64,000 nucleotides of DNA from Rhynchopus sp. YZ270_cl-10 (Eukaryota), in contig OZ037840.1 in NCBI GenBank assembly GCA_964035575.1, forward strand, positions 806,001 through 870,000. Direction: 5' to 3'. Numbering within the stretch: the stretch's first letter is position 1; every line of letters begins with the position of its first letter. Under the pieces are notes generated by a model that saw only the letters and a list, made by a program, of their open reading frames with translations, was not told the DNA's origin and ran no database searches. The position numbers and the translations under genes are program-made. Positions 43,428-55,471 of this stretch are shown piece after piece.

Positions 43428-45195
43428 AGAAACGCTGAATCAGAGATTAGAAGCGGATTCATTGCAAACTTTTTATTGTTTCGTTTTTTTTCTCACGCAA
43501 AGTAACATACAATACAACGAGGCTATAGGATACGCCTGAAAATAGGCAGATCTGGAATATCTATGTGAGGCGTGTCTGAGGCGTGACTGATCCGGCCTGA
43601 GAGAGGGGCTGCTTCGACCTCGTTGCATTGCATGAAAGTACAAGAAATCTTTGCATTTTTCATTTTTTATTTATGTTGTTACCACCAGGCAGAACCCCTA
43701 TTTTCAATCTTTTTTTCTAGTTGGTTTGGGGAATTTTATTTTATCTTGCAGGCGCAATCCCGACTTAGCTTTCTTTATTTTTTTTGTCTTTTTTAAAAAA
43801 AGGTGAATAAATGATGATGCGATTTAGTGCATTTTTTTTTTATCTCCCCCTCCTCCTCCTCCTCCTCCTCTCTTGCCCAGCGTCGGTGTTCTGACCATGA
43901 TACAGTATGATACAAGAGGTTACCCCGTCCCTGCTCTCTTTTCCCCCCAAAAAAAAGAAGTGTCTGAGAAAGCGTGCACGTTAGTCGACTCCCTGCAACA
44001 TATAAAAACCCACCCATCCCCTTCCTTCTTGCATGGCTCTTTGGAAAATATGGTGTTGATTTATTTTTTTTTTTGTGCCAAAATGGAGGTACCGTTTGGT
44101 TTTATTTGGCTATTGGCCATCAGTGCCTGCGTCCCAGAGGCGTTTGTACTATCAACTTTTCTTTTATTTCTCCTTTTTGAGATTTTTTTTTTTGCTTTTT
44201 TTGCTTCTTTTGGTTTTCTTTTCTTTGTTTTTTTTTTTGCTTTTTTTGTTTTTTTCTCTTTTTTTGTGCTACATCTGTTGGGTATTGTGTGTTTTTTTAA
44301 TATCAACCTTCTTTTTTTACTTGGGGGATTTCCTCAGTAACCTTTATAGAGTAAGAGGAAGTGCCACAAAAGGGCCCCCCGGATGAAATTTAACGTCCAG
44401 CCCAGGACAGTGGTGGATTTTTCTTTTTCTTTTTCTTTTTTTTTGAGCAGGCTGAAAAAAAAAAAACACAAAACACATACCCCAAAAAGCACCTCCTCTC
44501 CCCATCTCCTCTTCACCCTCCAAAAAACGTGAAGCGCATAAGAAACCCTGACCCATCCCCTTCATGGGGGTTTCAATTAAAAAGGCTTCGGCCGACATTG
44601 AGTACAGATCGTTATACCAGTAGGTATAACGTGATTGTCGATACAACAAAAAAAACACTTCTTCTGATTTTTGGTGAGACGTCGAGCTTTTTTTCCCCCC
44701 TCCGAATTGCATTCCACCTACCCCTCCCTTCACTCTCCGTCTCCACCCCCTTCCTTAAAAACCCCTTCATAAAAACCCCACCCAAGGCCCTCTCCCTAAA
44801 ACCCCATTCTCCCCTGATTGGCTAGCTTCTGCTGCGTCTTTCCCTTCCGGGATCTTCTGTCTTGTTACACGCAAGATAATTAGCCCCCCCCCCCCCCCCA
44901 CCCCGACCTGAAATAGAACCCCTGAAATTTCTAGAATTTAACGTTCTATTTTATCAAATAATCCCCCGACCCCTAGTTTTATGCAATCAGATTTTTTTTT
45001 TTGTGGAAGCGAACAACAACCTTAATGTTTCCTCTTCCCGTTTTCCAGCCTTTTGAGCAACAAGCAAAGAGTAACGAGTCTCTCGAGCATTTTTTTGCCT
45101 TTTTTTTTTTTGAGAGAGTTACCAGATATCTCTTTGCATTTGTACCACCAACGACTGAGAAGGGGTAAGGCCTTATAAGGGGGGAAAACAAACAC

Positions 45196-45316
45196 AGTAG
45201 TCCAAATTAAGTTTGGCGTCCAAAAAGAACAAGGCACCGAATTACTCCAAAATAAAATCTCCAAAATCCGCCAAACTTTTTTTTTTTTGGACGCAAAGCT
45301 TTCTTTTGGACTATTG
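45196..45316. mobile_element. Short Tc1/mariner-like MITE (related diverged copy ~53715-53814)
   Basis: TIR CAGTAGTCCAAA / TTTGGACTATTG followed by TA. Confidence 0.55.
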
Positions 45317-47419
45317 TATGGTGTATCCCCACCTTTTCAAATACAATACAAAACAAACAGAGTAGCAAAAACAAAAAAAAACAAAAAGCAAACAAGCTTA
45401 CAAACCCCCCCGCCTTTTCACTTCACCTTTTTCTTCATAGATTACATGGTTGAGGGTTCACCCCGGTACAGCCGGTCATTGTACCAAGGTACTGTTCACG
45501 AGAGGGCTGTTGTGATTTCAAGTCAACTTTGTTTTTGGCGTGATTTGCGAAGAACACAAACCAGGAGGGAAATTTTTTGTGAATCAGGTGACTGAGCGCT
45601 TCAGGCTTTAGGGCTCCTCTTTAACAAAATGCTGAAGAAAGGGTTTTGTATTTCAAGTCGACTTTTTCTTCCCCTTTCCTCATGCCTTAATGACTTGAGG
45701 GGTTGATGCCCTGCATTGACTTTCTATGCAGCAAAAACATGGATGAGTGAAAGAGTGTCTTGTATGGGCTACACTCGAACAGAATATCAAAAAAAAAAAC
45801 AAAACAAAAATAGTTAGTAATTTCACGACAATGAAGTAGTCATTTTTTACTCGAGTATGTTTTTTTTTTGCACGCGAGAAAAATTGTATCTGCTGTCCTC
45901 TGGATGAGGGTCTGCAGATTTCATTTGGGTTTTATTTAGAAGGTTCAGAGGTGACCTACGATGTTTAGGTTCACCTTACCAACTTTTATTCCTGTGTTTT
46001 CGATGTGAACCGCGTGCATTTCGTGTGAATTTAGTTCTTCCGATTTTCTTTTTTCTTTTTTTTTCTTTTTTGTGTGAAGAAAAATCGTGGCTGTTATCTT
46101 GTGGTAGTCAATCAAACAATTTTTTGCTTTCCCTCCCCTCTCGATTTCTCCCTCCAAAAAACAAACAAAAAAATAATAAAAAAAATAATAATAACACAGA
46201 AAGGGGAGATGCCAAAGATATGATTTTCCCACTATTGTTGCCTGCATATTTTGCAGCATTTATCATGGGGCAACACTATGCACACAGAGCCACCCCTATC
46301 CCCTAAGTTCCCCTCAAAGGTAACCTATTGCGGAGCTCCCCCAGCCGCCCCAACGTGACATAGCGAAGAAATGCAAAATTGTCCTTCCACACCCACGCAC
46401 GCACACCCTCGGGTTTTTGCTGTTGTGGGGAAAATGGTATTTCTTTGTGCGCACATCAAGGCACATTCTTTCGCAATTTTTTCTTCTTTTAGACGCCCTT
46501 TTTATATGGTTGATGGGTAGAATGTAAAAGGGTGGCTAATCACAGAGGATTGGGTTTCTTCTTCTTTTATAAAAAAAAATGAAAACAAAAGGTGAAATTT
46601 ATTCTGTTCCCCGCGAGACCTATCTACTCTTCTGGGGGTCTCCCTGACTGCGAGATGTGGTCACGAGGGAATTTATCTTTCACATGTTTATTTTTTATTT
46701 TTGGTGTAGGTAGGTGACCCAAGCCAGTGAGTCTTGGGTTCATATTACCATGCCATTTCTCTCTTGTATTCCGGTGGTGTGCTCTATTCTTTATTCCGAG
46801 ATACGTGGACAAGAGGTGCATGGTTCATTTCATTTTATTTTTTTCGCTCTTCCTTGTAACATCTAGTTCCTCTTCTTCGAAACTGTGCTTCCCAGTGTGT
46901 GAGGCCACCTTCCAACCTTCGCTATCTCGTTTTTTTAAATTTGTACGCACACTACTTTTGTGAGCGGAAAGTGTCAACGTCGTTCACTCACCTTAACCGT
47001 GCTGCGCAACACCACCACCCAACATGTGTGGAAGCGTCAACGCATCAAACAACTACAAGAAGGGGGGTGAGGGAACGACAAGGTGACACTTTTTATTTCT
47101 TATCTGCTGAACAGGCCTGGTGCTAAGTGCCATTTCGCCGTTTCGGGTTTTTTCGTAGGGATCTCTTACTCATGTGAAAAAGAAAAAAATAAATGAAGTA
47201 TAGTGGAGCACACTCTAGGGTGGCTACACTAATACAACCAAGTTTCCAATAAATGAAAAAAAAAAAAAAAAAACGGCCTGGGTGTCCTGGGAAAATATGT
47301 TGGGAGTCTTGTATAACTGTGTGGGAAATGCAAAAAAAAAATAATAATAAAAAAATAGTGGAGCTCGCCCTCGGGTGTCGACACTAATACAACTAAGTTT
47401 TCAAAAAAAAAATATTTAA

Positions 47420-48423
47420 CCCTTTATGGACCACGACCGATTTTTTCGATTTGCTAGGATCTTCTCTCCCATAGGTAAAATGAGATCCGATGCATATTTT
47501 TGATCGTACCTGGCCGCAATTGAAAGATTTTGAGCAGATCTTTCAAATGGAGCAGAAATCGAAATAAAATGAGAAAAATGGAAAATTGAAAATTGAGGAG
47601 AGCTGATATTTTTTTCTGAAAATTTTGAAGAAAAAAATTATTCCGGTTGCGTACCTGTTTTTTCGGTTTTCGAAAATGGCTTTATTTGAAAGATCGGTTC
47701 AAAATCTTTCAAAAGAAAAAAAAATCGATCAAAAAGTCCTAGTAGATAATGTCTCACTGCATGGAGAGAAGGTACCAACCAACTATATATACCGTAATTG
47801 TACAGAGGTAGGACAGTACAAAAGTTGGGGCTTTTGGGACTTTTGGCCAACTTGGCCTGGTGCTGAACAAAGGTGAACGCCGCATCCCACGCACATGTAA
47901 TCTGTTTTCAGACGCCTGTTTCCCAAGCAAGAAGAAGTTGTCGACCAACACCCTCCTGCCAGTGTCTCTGTACCTTGACCGTGTTGATATAGATTTTCTG
48001 TACAATGTCCCTCAAAAGACAAAATGCAATAAATACACGGAGAAGAGGCACATCCAGTTCAGGGTCAGGAACTGCAACTACGCGTGTTACTTTGCCCAGT
48101 CGCGGGTATTTTCCATTATTTTGGTTTCGTTCTGAAGACCGTACAAAATGGTTCCCTGCACACCAAAGTTTGAATCCTCTGATGACTCAAGCGCGTCAGA
48201 ATGGTACATTATTCCCAAAAAATGACCCAAAATACCCTATTATGTGATAATGCCGGGTGTGGATGAGAGGGGATGAGAGCGTCAAAAAAAATCGAATCTT
48301 GCGTCTTTTGAAAGATTTCGCACAAAATCTTCTCATTTAAAAAAAAAAATCTTCAAAAAATCCTAGTGGAAGCCAATTTAGGTGGTTGCGTGGACATATA
48401 TGTCCCCTCTGGTCCTTAAAGGG
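47420..48423. mobile_element. piggyBac-like non-autonomous element (1004 bp)
   Basis: TTAA at 47416-47419 and 48424-48427. TIR CCCTTTATGGACCA / TGGTCCTTAAAGGG (13/14). Confidence 0.92.
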
Positions 48424-50044
48424 TTAAAAAAAAAAAAAATGCCCAAATTCCCCACAGTACAAGACCCCTAACATATTTGCAGGCAGTGTACCACATCTTG
48501 ATTATTTATGTTCTCTCCCCTCCAGAGAAAAGCCTTTCAATTCTCCCCCGTCGTCAGTGCCATTTGGCAAATAATTCCCTCCTCCCCGTTTTTGCGGGTA
48601 TTTTTTGAACCATTTTTTTTCTTCCATTACTGTAACCTCCCAGTAACCTCCCCGTTTTTGCGGGTAAAAACACCCCTTTTTTGTGGGCAAAAAGAAAAAA
48701 AAAAAAAAAAAACACAACAGAAAAGGAAATCAAAAAGAAAAGGGGGGCATGATGGCTTGTAGCAGCTGCATAGCCGCTCTGATTATTTTTTAAAAAAAAC
48801 GAGGGTTTTTGATAGGTGTCTACTTTCGCTGCCTCAAAGTGCTCCCTCCCTCAGGAACCGAATAATAAAATTCTTCGAAAAAAAATAAAAAAAAAATAAA
48901 AACCAGTGACAGGTCTCCTGTCTAAGAACAAAATGTTGAAAAAAGCAAAACAAAAAAAAGAAAAACTTAAGTAACGAAGTTAGGGTCATCTTACCAACCG
49001 TTTTTTCTATTGTGTGTATGCCCTGTTTGTGTGATGATTTTTTTTTTTTTTTTTTTGCACACAGATTATCGCTTTTTTGCACAAAGAACGGTGATAGTGG
49101 TGACTGGGCTTTGCCTTCATCCTCGTTTCTCAAATTTCATCGTGATTTTGAAGCACTCAAGGTACCCTTAGTGAAGTTAAGAAGCAGTGCAAGGCATTCG
49201 CGTTGCCCCTCTGCAATCTCTCAACTTACAAAGTACTACAATGAAATGCAATACAAAACAAACAGAGTAGCAAAAACAAAAACAAAAAACAACAAAGTTG
49301 AAACAAACTTTTTGAAGCCCCTCTGCGGTGCCTCGTGCAGGATGGAAAGGATCGAAGGTAACTGTTCTGCTGTCTGTGGGGAAGCTTTTCAAAGGAACGC
49401 CCGCACATTAGTAGTGTCGCCGTTCCATCACCATGGCCAGCCTCTCCACCCAACGACCTCTGCAGAAAGCTGTCTTTTCTCTTTGGCGGGTTCTCGTCCT
49501 GCGTGCTGATCTGCGTGTCTGCTTTGACATTGTGTGTGTTGTCTTGTCTTCTGTGTTGGGTTCTGTGCAGAGGTTGTGACGAGAGAGGACAAAAAAATGC
49601 AACACACCCCTGTGAGCGAACGGAATACGCGTGGGGGCACGTCACTCACATTTTGTCATCTTATAAAGGTGTCTACAATAGCTCCGCTCTTTTTTTTTTT
49701 ATCCTTTTCAGAAAGTAGTGATTGGTTACATAAGGCATGGTCACACTATTCTGGGATAATTTTTTTTAGAACCAGCGTCCACTACGATTGTTCGGTGAGG
49801 CGCTTTATTTTTTTTGCACTTTCAACTTATCTTTTAGGGAAATAGCTACAACTCCCCCTTTTCACAGGGTTGCACTTTGGAGGATATCACAGCGTCTCCC
49901 CCTCTCAGGCAGCCTTTTTCTTCAGATGACCAAATTGCTCTCAAAAAAAAATACAATTGTTTTTAAAAAATACAATTTTCCCCCAATAACTTCTTCCCTC
50001 TAACTCTCTCTCTCCCTCTCTCTCGTTTTCCCTTCCTCCCCCAC

Positions 50045-50591
50045 CAGGCCTCAGCCTAACTGGGGGGGGTAGGCAGGCCAACACGGATTAGGGGTGGTGG
50101 GTCCCCCCCGCCCCCCCGCCCCCCCCTCTGTACACGGTTGTACAGGGGCTGGGCCGAAGAAAAATTTTTCCAACCAATTTTTGCCCACAAAAAATCGAGA
50201 AAAAAAAAATTTTTTTTTCGATTCTCCTGTGTCTGTGCGTGCTGTGATGGGGTCATTTCGCGCTCAGAAATGAGTATTTTTGACCCAAAATACATGTGTC
50301 AGTTTTGGACTGAAAATTTCAAAAATCGTGTAAAAACTGACACATGTATTTTGGGTCAAAAATACTCATTTCTGAGCGCGAAATGACCCCATCACAGCAC
50401 GCACAGACACAGGAGAATCGAAAAAAAAAATTTTTTTTTTCGATTTTTTGTGGGCAAAAATTGGTCGGAAAAATTTTTCTTCGGCCCACCCCCTGTATAA
50501 CTGTGTACAGAGGTGGGGGGGGGGGGGGGGGGGGGGGGGTACCACCCACCCCCCAAGGCCAACATCGGCCGAAAAATTACCCAGAGGCCTG
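50045..50591. mobile_element. Fold-back element: probable hAT-like ends enclosing a ~215-bp-arm inverted repeat
   Basis: Arms ~50091-50306 / 50333-50555 with a 26-nt spacer. Outer CAGGCCTC/GAGGCCTG. Flanks TCCCCCAC / TCCCCCCC (7/8, low complexity). Confidence 0.8.
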
Positions 50592-50688
50592 TCCCCCCCC
50601 CCCCCCTCTCTCTTTTTTATTATTCCAAAGTGTACTCAAAAAAACAATGACTCGACAAAAGTGTTCATGTTTTTACTTTTTATTTTAA

Positions 50689-50759
50689 GCCCTTGCTCCT
50701 TCTGATGAGCGCGGTCGAAGGGCACTTTTCCTGGTCAGGGAGCAGACCGCCGAAACCAG
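50689..50759 (+). ncRNA. Hammerhead ribozyme candidate with the same permuted topology; predicted cleavage after GUC at 50736
   Basis: CTGATGA 50702-50708 and GAAA 50752-50755. Stem II G(C)GCGGTC/GACCGCC, stem III CTGGT/ACCAG, stem I TGCTCCTT/AGGGAGCA. Extra helix GCCCT(T)/(A)AGGGC. Confidence 0.87.
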
Positions 50760-51459
50760 TTTTTAACTTTTCCTTTTCTTTTATTTTGAAAAACACGAAA
50801 AAAGATTCCTGAAGACCAATTGGTCATGGATCCAAAACACAAAAGCAACAACAAAACAAAAAAGCAAATAGTACATTTTTAAAGACCACCAAAACAAAAA
50901 GAGCACAAAGCAAAAACAACAACTTTCTGACAAACACCCCCCCCTCTCAGATCTATATAATAGGTCATTCGAGTGTACACCATGCGTATAAGTCAGGGTG
51001 TTAGCTACTTTTTCGAACTTTCCTGGAGAAAAAAAAAATTCACCAATTCCGGAACCAACTTTTTTTTCCCCTGAAGAAAAAAGGGGGGTGAAAGTTAAAG
51101 CGATGGATATGGCTCACGTGCACACACATCTTTGTTTTGTTGCATCTCATCTCTGTCTCAAAGCGCCTCATTTATTTTTGCCTGCATATTTTGCAGCATT
51201 TATCATGGGGCAACACTATGCACACAGAGCCACCCCTATCCCCTAAGTTCCCCTCAAAGGTAACCTATTGCGGAGCTCCCCCAGCCGCCCCAACGTGACA
51301 TAGCGAAGAAATACGAATTGTCCACCCCACCCATGCGCCCTACACCCTCGGGTTTTGCTGTTGTGGGGAAAATGGTATTTCTTTGTGCGCACATCAAGGC
51401 ACATTCCTTCGCAAATTTTTCTTCTTTTAGACGCCCTTTTTAAATTGTTGATGAGTATC

Positions 51460-51555
51460 CAGTAGGACAATATTGGCGACCAAAAAATTCGCCAATTGCA
51501 AGAAAAACCCCCAAATCCGCCATTTTTTTTGGTCGCCAAGCTTCTTGTCCAACTG
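51460..51555. mobile_element. Short Tc1/mariner-like MITE inserted in a satellite unit (related reverse copy ~18030-18118)
   Basis: TIR CAGTAGGACAA / TTGTCCAACTG followed by TA. Absent from sister units at GATGGGTAGAATGTAAAAGGG. Confidence 0.7.
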
Positions 51556-52814
51556 TAATGTAAAAGGGTGGCTAATCACAGAGGATTGGGTTCATCTGAG
51601 AAACCTTTTCTTTTGCAGTTTCAAAACTCTTTAATTTGATGGGTGTGCACGTGATGCATATTACATCTTTCAGCTTTTTCCCCTTTTTTTGCATCTCATC
51701 TCTGTCTCAAGATGCCTCTTCTCTTTAGAAATAGATGACCAAGCACGAGAGGCTCAGGTTAGTCTTATCAACTTTTTTTCTTTTGCCTGCACATATTTTG
51801 CAGCATTTATCATGGCTTGGTGCACACAGAGCCACCCCTATCCCCTAAGTTCCCCTCAAAGGTAACCTATTGCGGAGCTCCCCCAGCCGCCCCAACGTGA
51901 CATAGCGAAGAAATACGAATTGTCCACCCCACCCATGCACCCTACACCCTCGGGTTTTGCTGTTGTAGGGAAATGGTATTTCTTTGTGCGCACATCAAGG
52001 CACATTCCTTCGCAAATTTTTCTTCTTTTAGACGTCCTTTTTATATTGTTGATGGGTAGAATGTAAAAGGGTGGCTAATCACAGAGGATTGGGTTCATCT
52101 GATAAACCTTTTCTTTTGCAGTTTCAAGTTCTCCTTTTTTCTTTTTGATGGGTGTGCACGTGAAGCGTATGTGATCGTTCAGTTTTTTTCCTTTTCATCT
52201 CATCTCTGTTTCAAGATGTTTCACTTATTTTTGCCTGCACATATTTTGCAGCACTTATCATGGCACGGTGCACAATAGCCACCCCTATCCCCTAAGTTCC
52301 TCAACTCCCTTTTGTAAGGTGACTGAACAGCCTTTCAGTTAATCTTGACAAAGTTTTTCTCTGACAAACTGTTTTGAGACTTTTTATTTTGGATAACGAA
52401 AAAACCGCCCCCCCCGTTATTCCCCATTGCGGAGCTCCCCCAGCCGCCCCAACGTGACATAGCGAAGAAATACAAAATTGTCCTTCCCACCCGTGCACGC
52501 ACACCCCTCGGGTTTTTGCTGTTGTGGGGAAATTGTATTTCTTTGTGCGCACATCAAGGCACATTCCTTCGCAAATTTTTCTTCTTTTAGACGTCCTTTT
52601 TATATGGTTGATGGGTAGAATGTATAAGGGTGGCTAATCACAGAGGATTGGGTTCATCTGATAAACCTTTTCTTTGCATTTTCAAGTTCTCTCTATTTTG
52701 ATGGGCACATTCCATCTTGCAACTTTTTTTTCCTTTGCTGCATCTATCTCTGTCTCAAGATGCCTCTTCTCTTTTGCCTGCATATTTTGCAGCATTTATC
52801 ATGGGGCAACACTA

Positions 52815-52984
52815 CACGACGGTGAAGTAAATCACATGGCATGTGCTTTACATGTAACTTTTTTTTACATGTCCTCACATGTCATTTTACCTGTAAAATA
52901 ACATGTAAGGTAACGTATACTGACCATAAAAAGGTCAACCGACATGTAAAATGCACATGTCATGTCATTTACTTCACCGTCGTG
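52815..52984. mobile_element. 170-bp MITE with CAC..GTG ends inserted in a satellite unit
   Basis: Perfect 18-bp TIR CACGACGGTGAAGTAAAT / ATTTACTTCACCGTCGTG. ACATGT subterminal repeats. Empty site CAACACTA^TGCACACAG in sister units. Confidence 0.88.
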
Positions 52985-54652
52985 TGCACACAGAGCCACC
53001 CCTATCCCCTAAGTTCCCCTCAAAGGTAACCTATTGTGGAGCTCCCCCAGCCGCCCCAACGTGACATAGCGAAGAAATGCAAATTGTCCACCCCACCCAT
53101 GCACCCGCACTCTCGGGTTTTGCTGTGTGGGGAAATGGTATTTCTTTGTGCGCACATCAAGGCACATTCCTTCGCAAATTTTTCTTCTTTTAGTCGCCCT
53201 TTTTATATTGTTGATGGGTAGAATGTAAAAAGGTGGCTAATCACAGAGGATTGGGTTCATCTGAGAAACCTTTTTCTTTTCACTTTCAGCATTTTCATTT
53301 TTTAATTTGATGGGTGTGCACGTGGTGCATATTCCGTCAATTCAGCTTTTTCCCTTTTTGCATCTCATCTCTGTTTCAAGATGCCTCTTCTTTTGCCTGC
53401 ATATTTTGCAGTATAGGACTTGAGGTCTCTTTTTTGGAAAACAGAAAAAAACCCCCATCATTCCCCATTGCGGAGCTCCCCCAGCCGCCCCAACGTGACA
53501 TAGCGAAGAAATACAAAATTGTCCTTCCCACCCGTGCACACACACCCTCGGGTTTTTGCTGTTGTGGGGAAAATTGTATTTCTTTGTGCGCACATCAAGG
53601 CACATTCCTTCGCAAGCTTTTCTTCTTTTTTTTTAGATCTAATCCGACGCCCTTTTTTTTTATCCTTGATGAGGGGATAATTGGTCGGTGGTCAGTAGAG
53701 ATTTCAGTTATCTGCAGTAGTTCAAGTATTTTGGTGGCCAAATAAGTTTGGTGGATTTGGAGATTTTGGAGTAATTTGGTGCCTATTGTGACACCAATCA
53801 TATCTGTACTGCTGTGATAACCGTTTTCTTTGCGCTTTCAACGTCTCTTTCGTTTTGCATCTCATCTCTGTCTCAAAGCGCCTCATTTATTTTTGCCTGC
53901 ATATTTTGCAGCATTTATCATGGGGCAACACTATGCACACAGAGCCACCCCTATCCCCTAAGTTCCCCTCAAAGGTAACCTATTGCGGAGCTCCCCCAGC
54001 CGCCCCAACGTGACATAGCGAAGAAATGCAAATTGTCCACCCCACCCATGCACCCTACACCCTCGGGTTTTGCTGTTGTGGGGAAATTGTATTTCTTTGT
54101 GCGCACATCAAGGCACATTCCTTCGCAAATTTTTCTTCTTTTAGACGCCCTTTTTATATTGATGGGTAGAATGTAAAAGGGTGGCTAATCACAGAGGATT
54201 GGGTTCATCTGATAAACCTTTTCTTTTTGCTTTCAACTTCTCTTTTTTCTTTCAAAATACGCACACTACTTTTGTGAGCGGAAAGTGTCAACGTCGTTCA
54301 CTCACCTAACCGTGCTGCGCAACACCACCACCCAACAGGCGAGAGAGTAGTGCGTGGAAGCGTCAACGCATCAAACAACTACAAGAAGGGGGGGTGAGGG
54401 AACGACAAGGTAACACTTCTTTATTTTCCATCTACCAACTTTTCTCCCCCCCCTTTGTTGCATCTCATCTCTGTCTCAAGGTGCCTCATTTATTTTTGCC
54501 TGCATATTTTGCAGCATTTATCATGGGGCACCACTATGCACACAGAGCCACCCCTATCCCCTAAGTTCCCCTCAAAGGTAACCTATTGCGGAGCTCCCCC
54601 AGCCGCCCCAACGTGACATAGCGAAGAAATCCATATGTCCTCCCCACTCACC

Positions 54653-55471
54653 TAAGGATCCCCCATGTCTTTTTAACGTAGACGTTGTAAAGGCATCTGC
54701 TATGTCGTTATTATTTTTTTGGTATTTTTTTTTTGGATTAAAATTGACTGTTTTTCTCAAAAACAACGACTCAAAAGGCATGAGAGACACCTACGGTGTG
54801 TCATTGTCGCCAACACTACGGTGTCATACAACTATACGGTTTCTTTCTTCGACAGATGTACACTGGTTTATGTTTTGCACAAACCTTTGGTACGTCTGTT
54901 CCTTCGAAGACAGAATAAAACACAGTACAGAATGCACACCGTGGTGTTGGCGACAATCAGCAAAGAGGACGCCGCATGGGCAGGGGTGGCTGCATTCCTT
55001 TTCGGACCGGGGAGCTCCATCCTATTTTGACAAACGTTTATTAGCAAAGAGTACGGCAGCATTTAGAATAGCAGACAAGACAACAACCGGAGCGTTGCTG
55101 TGCAGTTGGCGGGGGAAGCTACTAGAAGATGTCGTAAAGCAGTTCTTTGCGTTACGAAGTGACGCACTCAAAGTCAGCTAGGAGGGGGTTTTTTTTCTCC
55201 AACAACATGGAGATAGACTCGAACAGCTGTGCAGGCAACTCTGCCTGCACAGCTGAACGGCAGTTGCCAAGGGCTCTCAAGAAGCGGGGTGTTTGGAAGA
55301 GAAAGAAGCCAAAAAGAAAATCAGAACGAAAAAAAAAAAACCGACCGAACAAAAAAAAGTGATCATCGCTGTCAGGTTCCATGTGAACTCAGAGTGTGTA
55401 TTTTAACACAACTCTTTTATATCTGTTATTTTCTATTTTCGAAATTTTGAAAAAAAAGGGGGGGATCCTTA
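54653..55471. mobile_element. Mutator(MULE)-like non-autonomous element (819 bp) with a possible coding remnant
   Basis: TIR TAAGGATCCCCC / GGGGGATCCTTA. 9-bp flanks CCACTCACC / CCACCCACC (8/9). It splits the last satellite unit, which resumes at ~55472. Confidence 0.8.

Noticed and set aside
51141..54630. CRISPR-like or rRNA/tRNA/SL-RNA array
   Set aside because: Units are hundreds of bp with homologous spacers, there are no cas genes, and no known RNA-gene sequence is recognisable.
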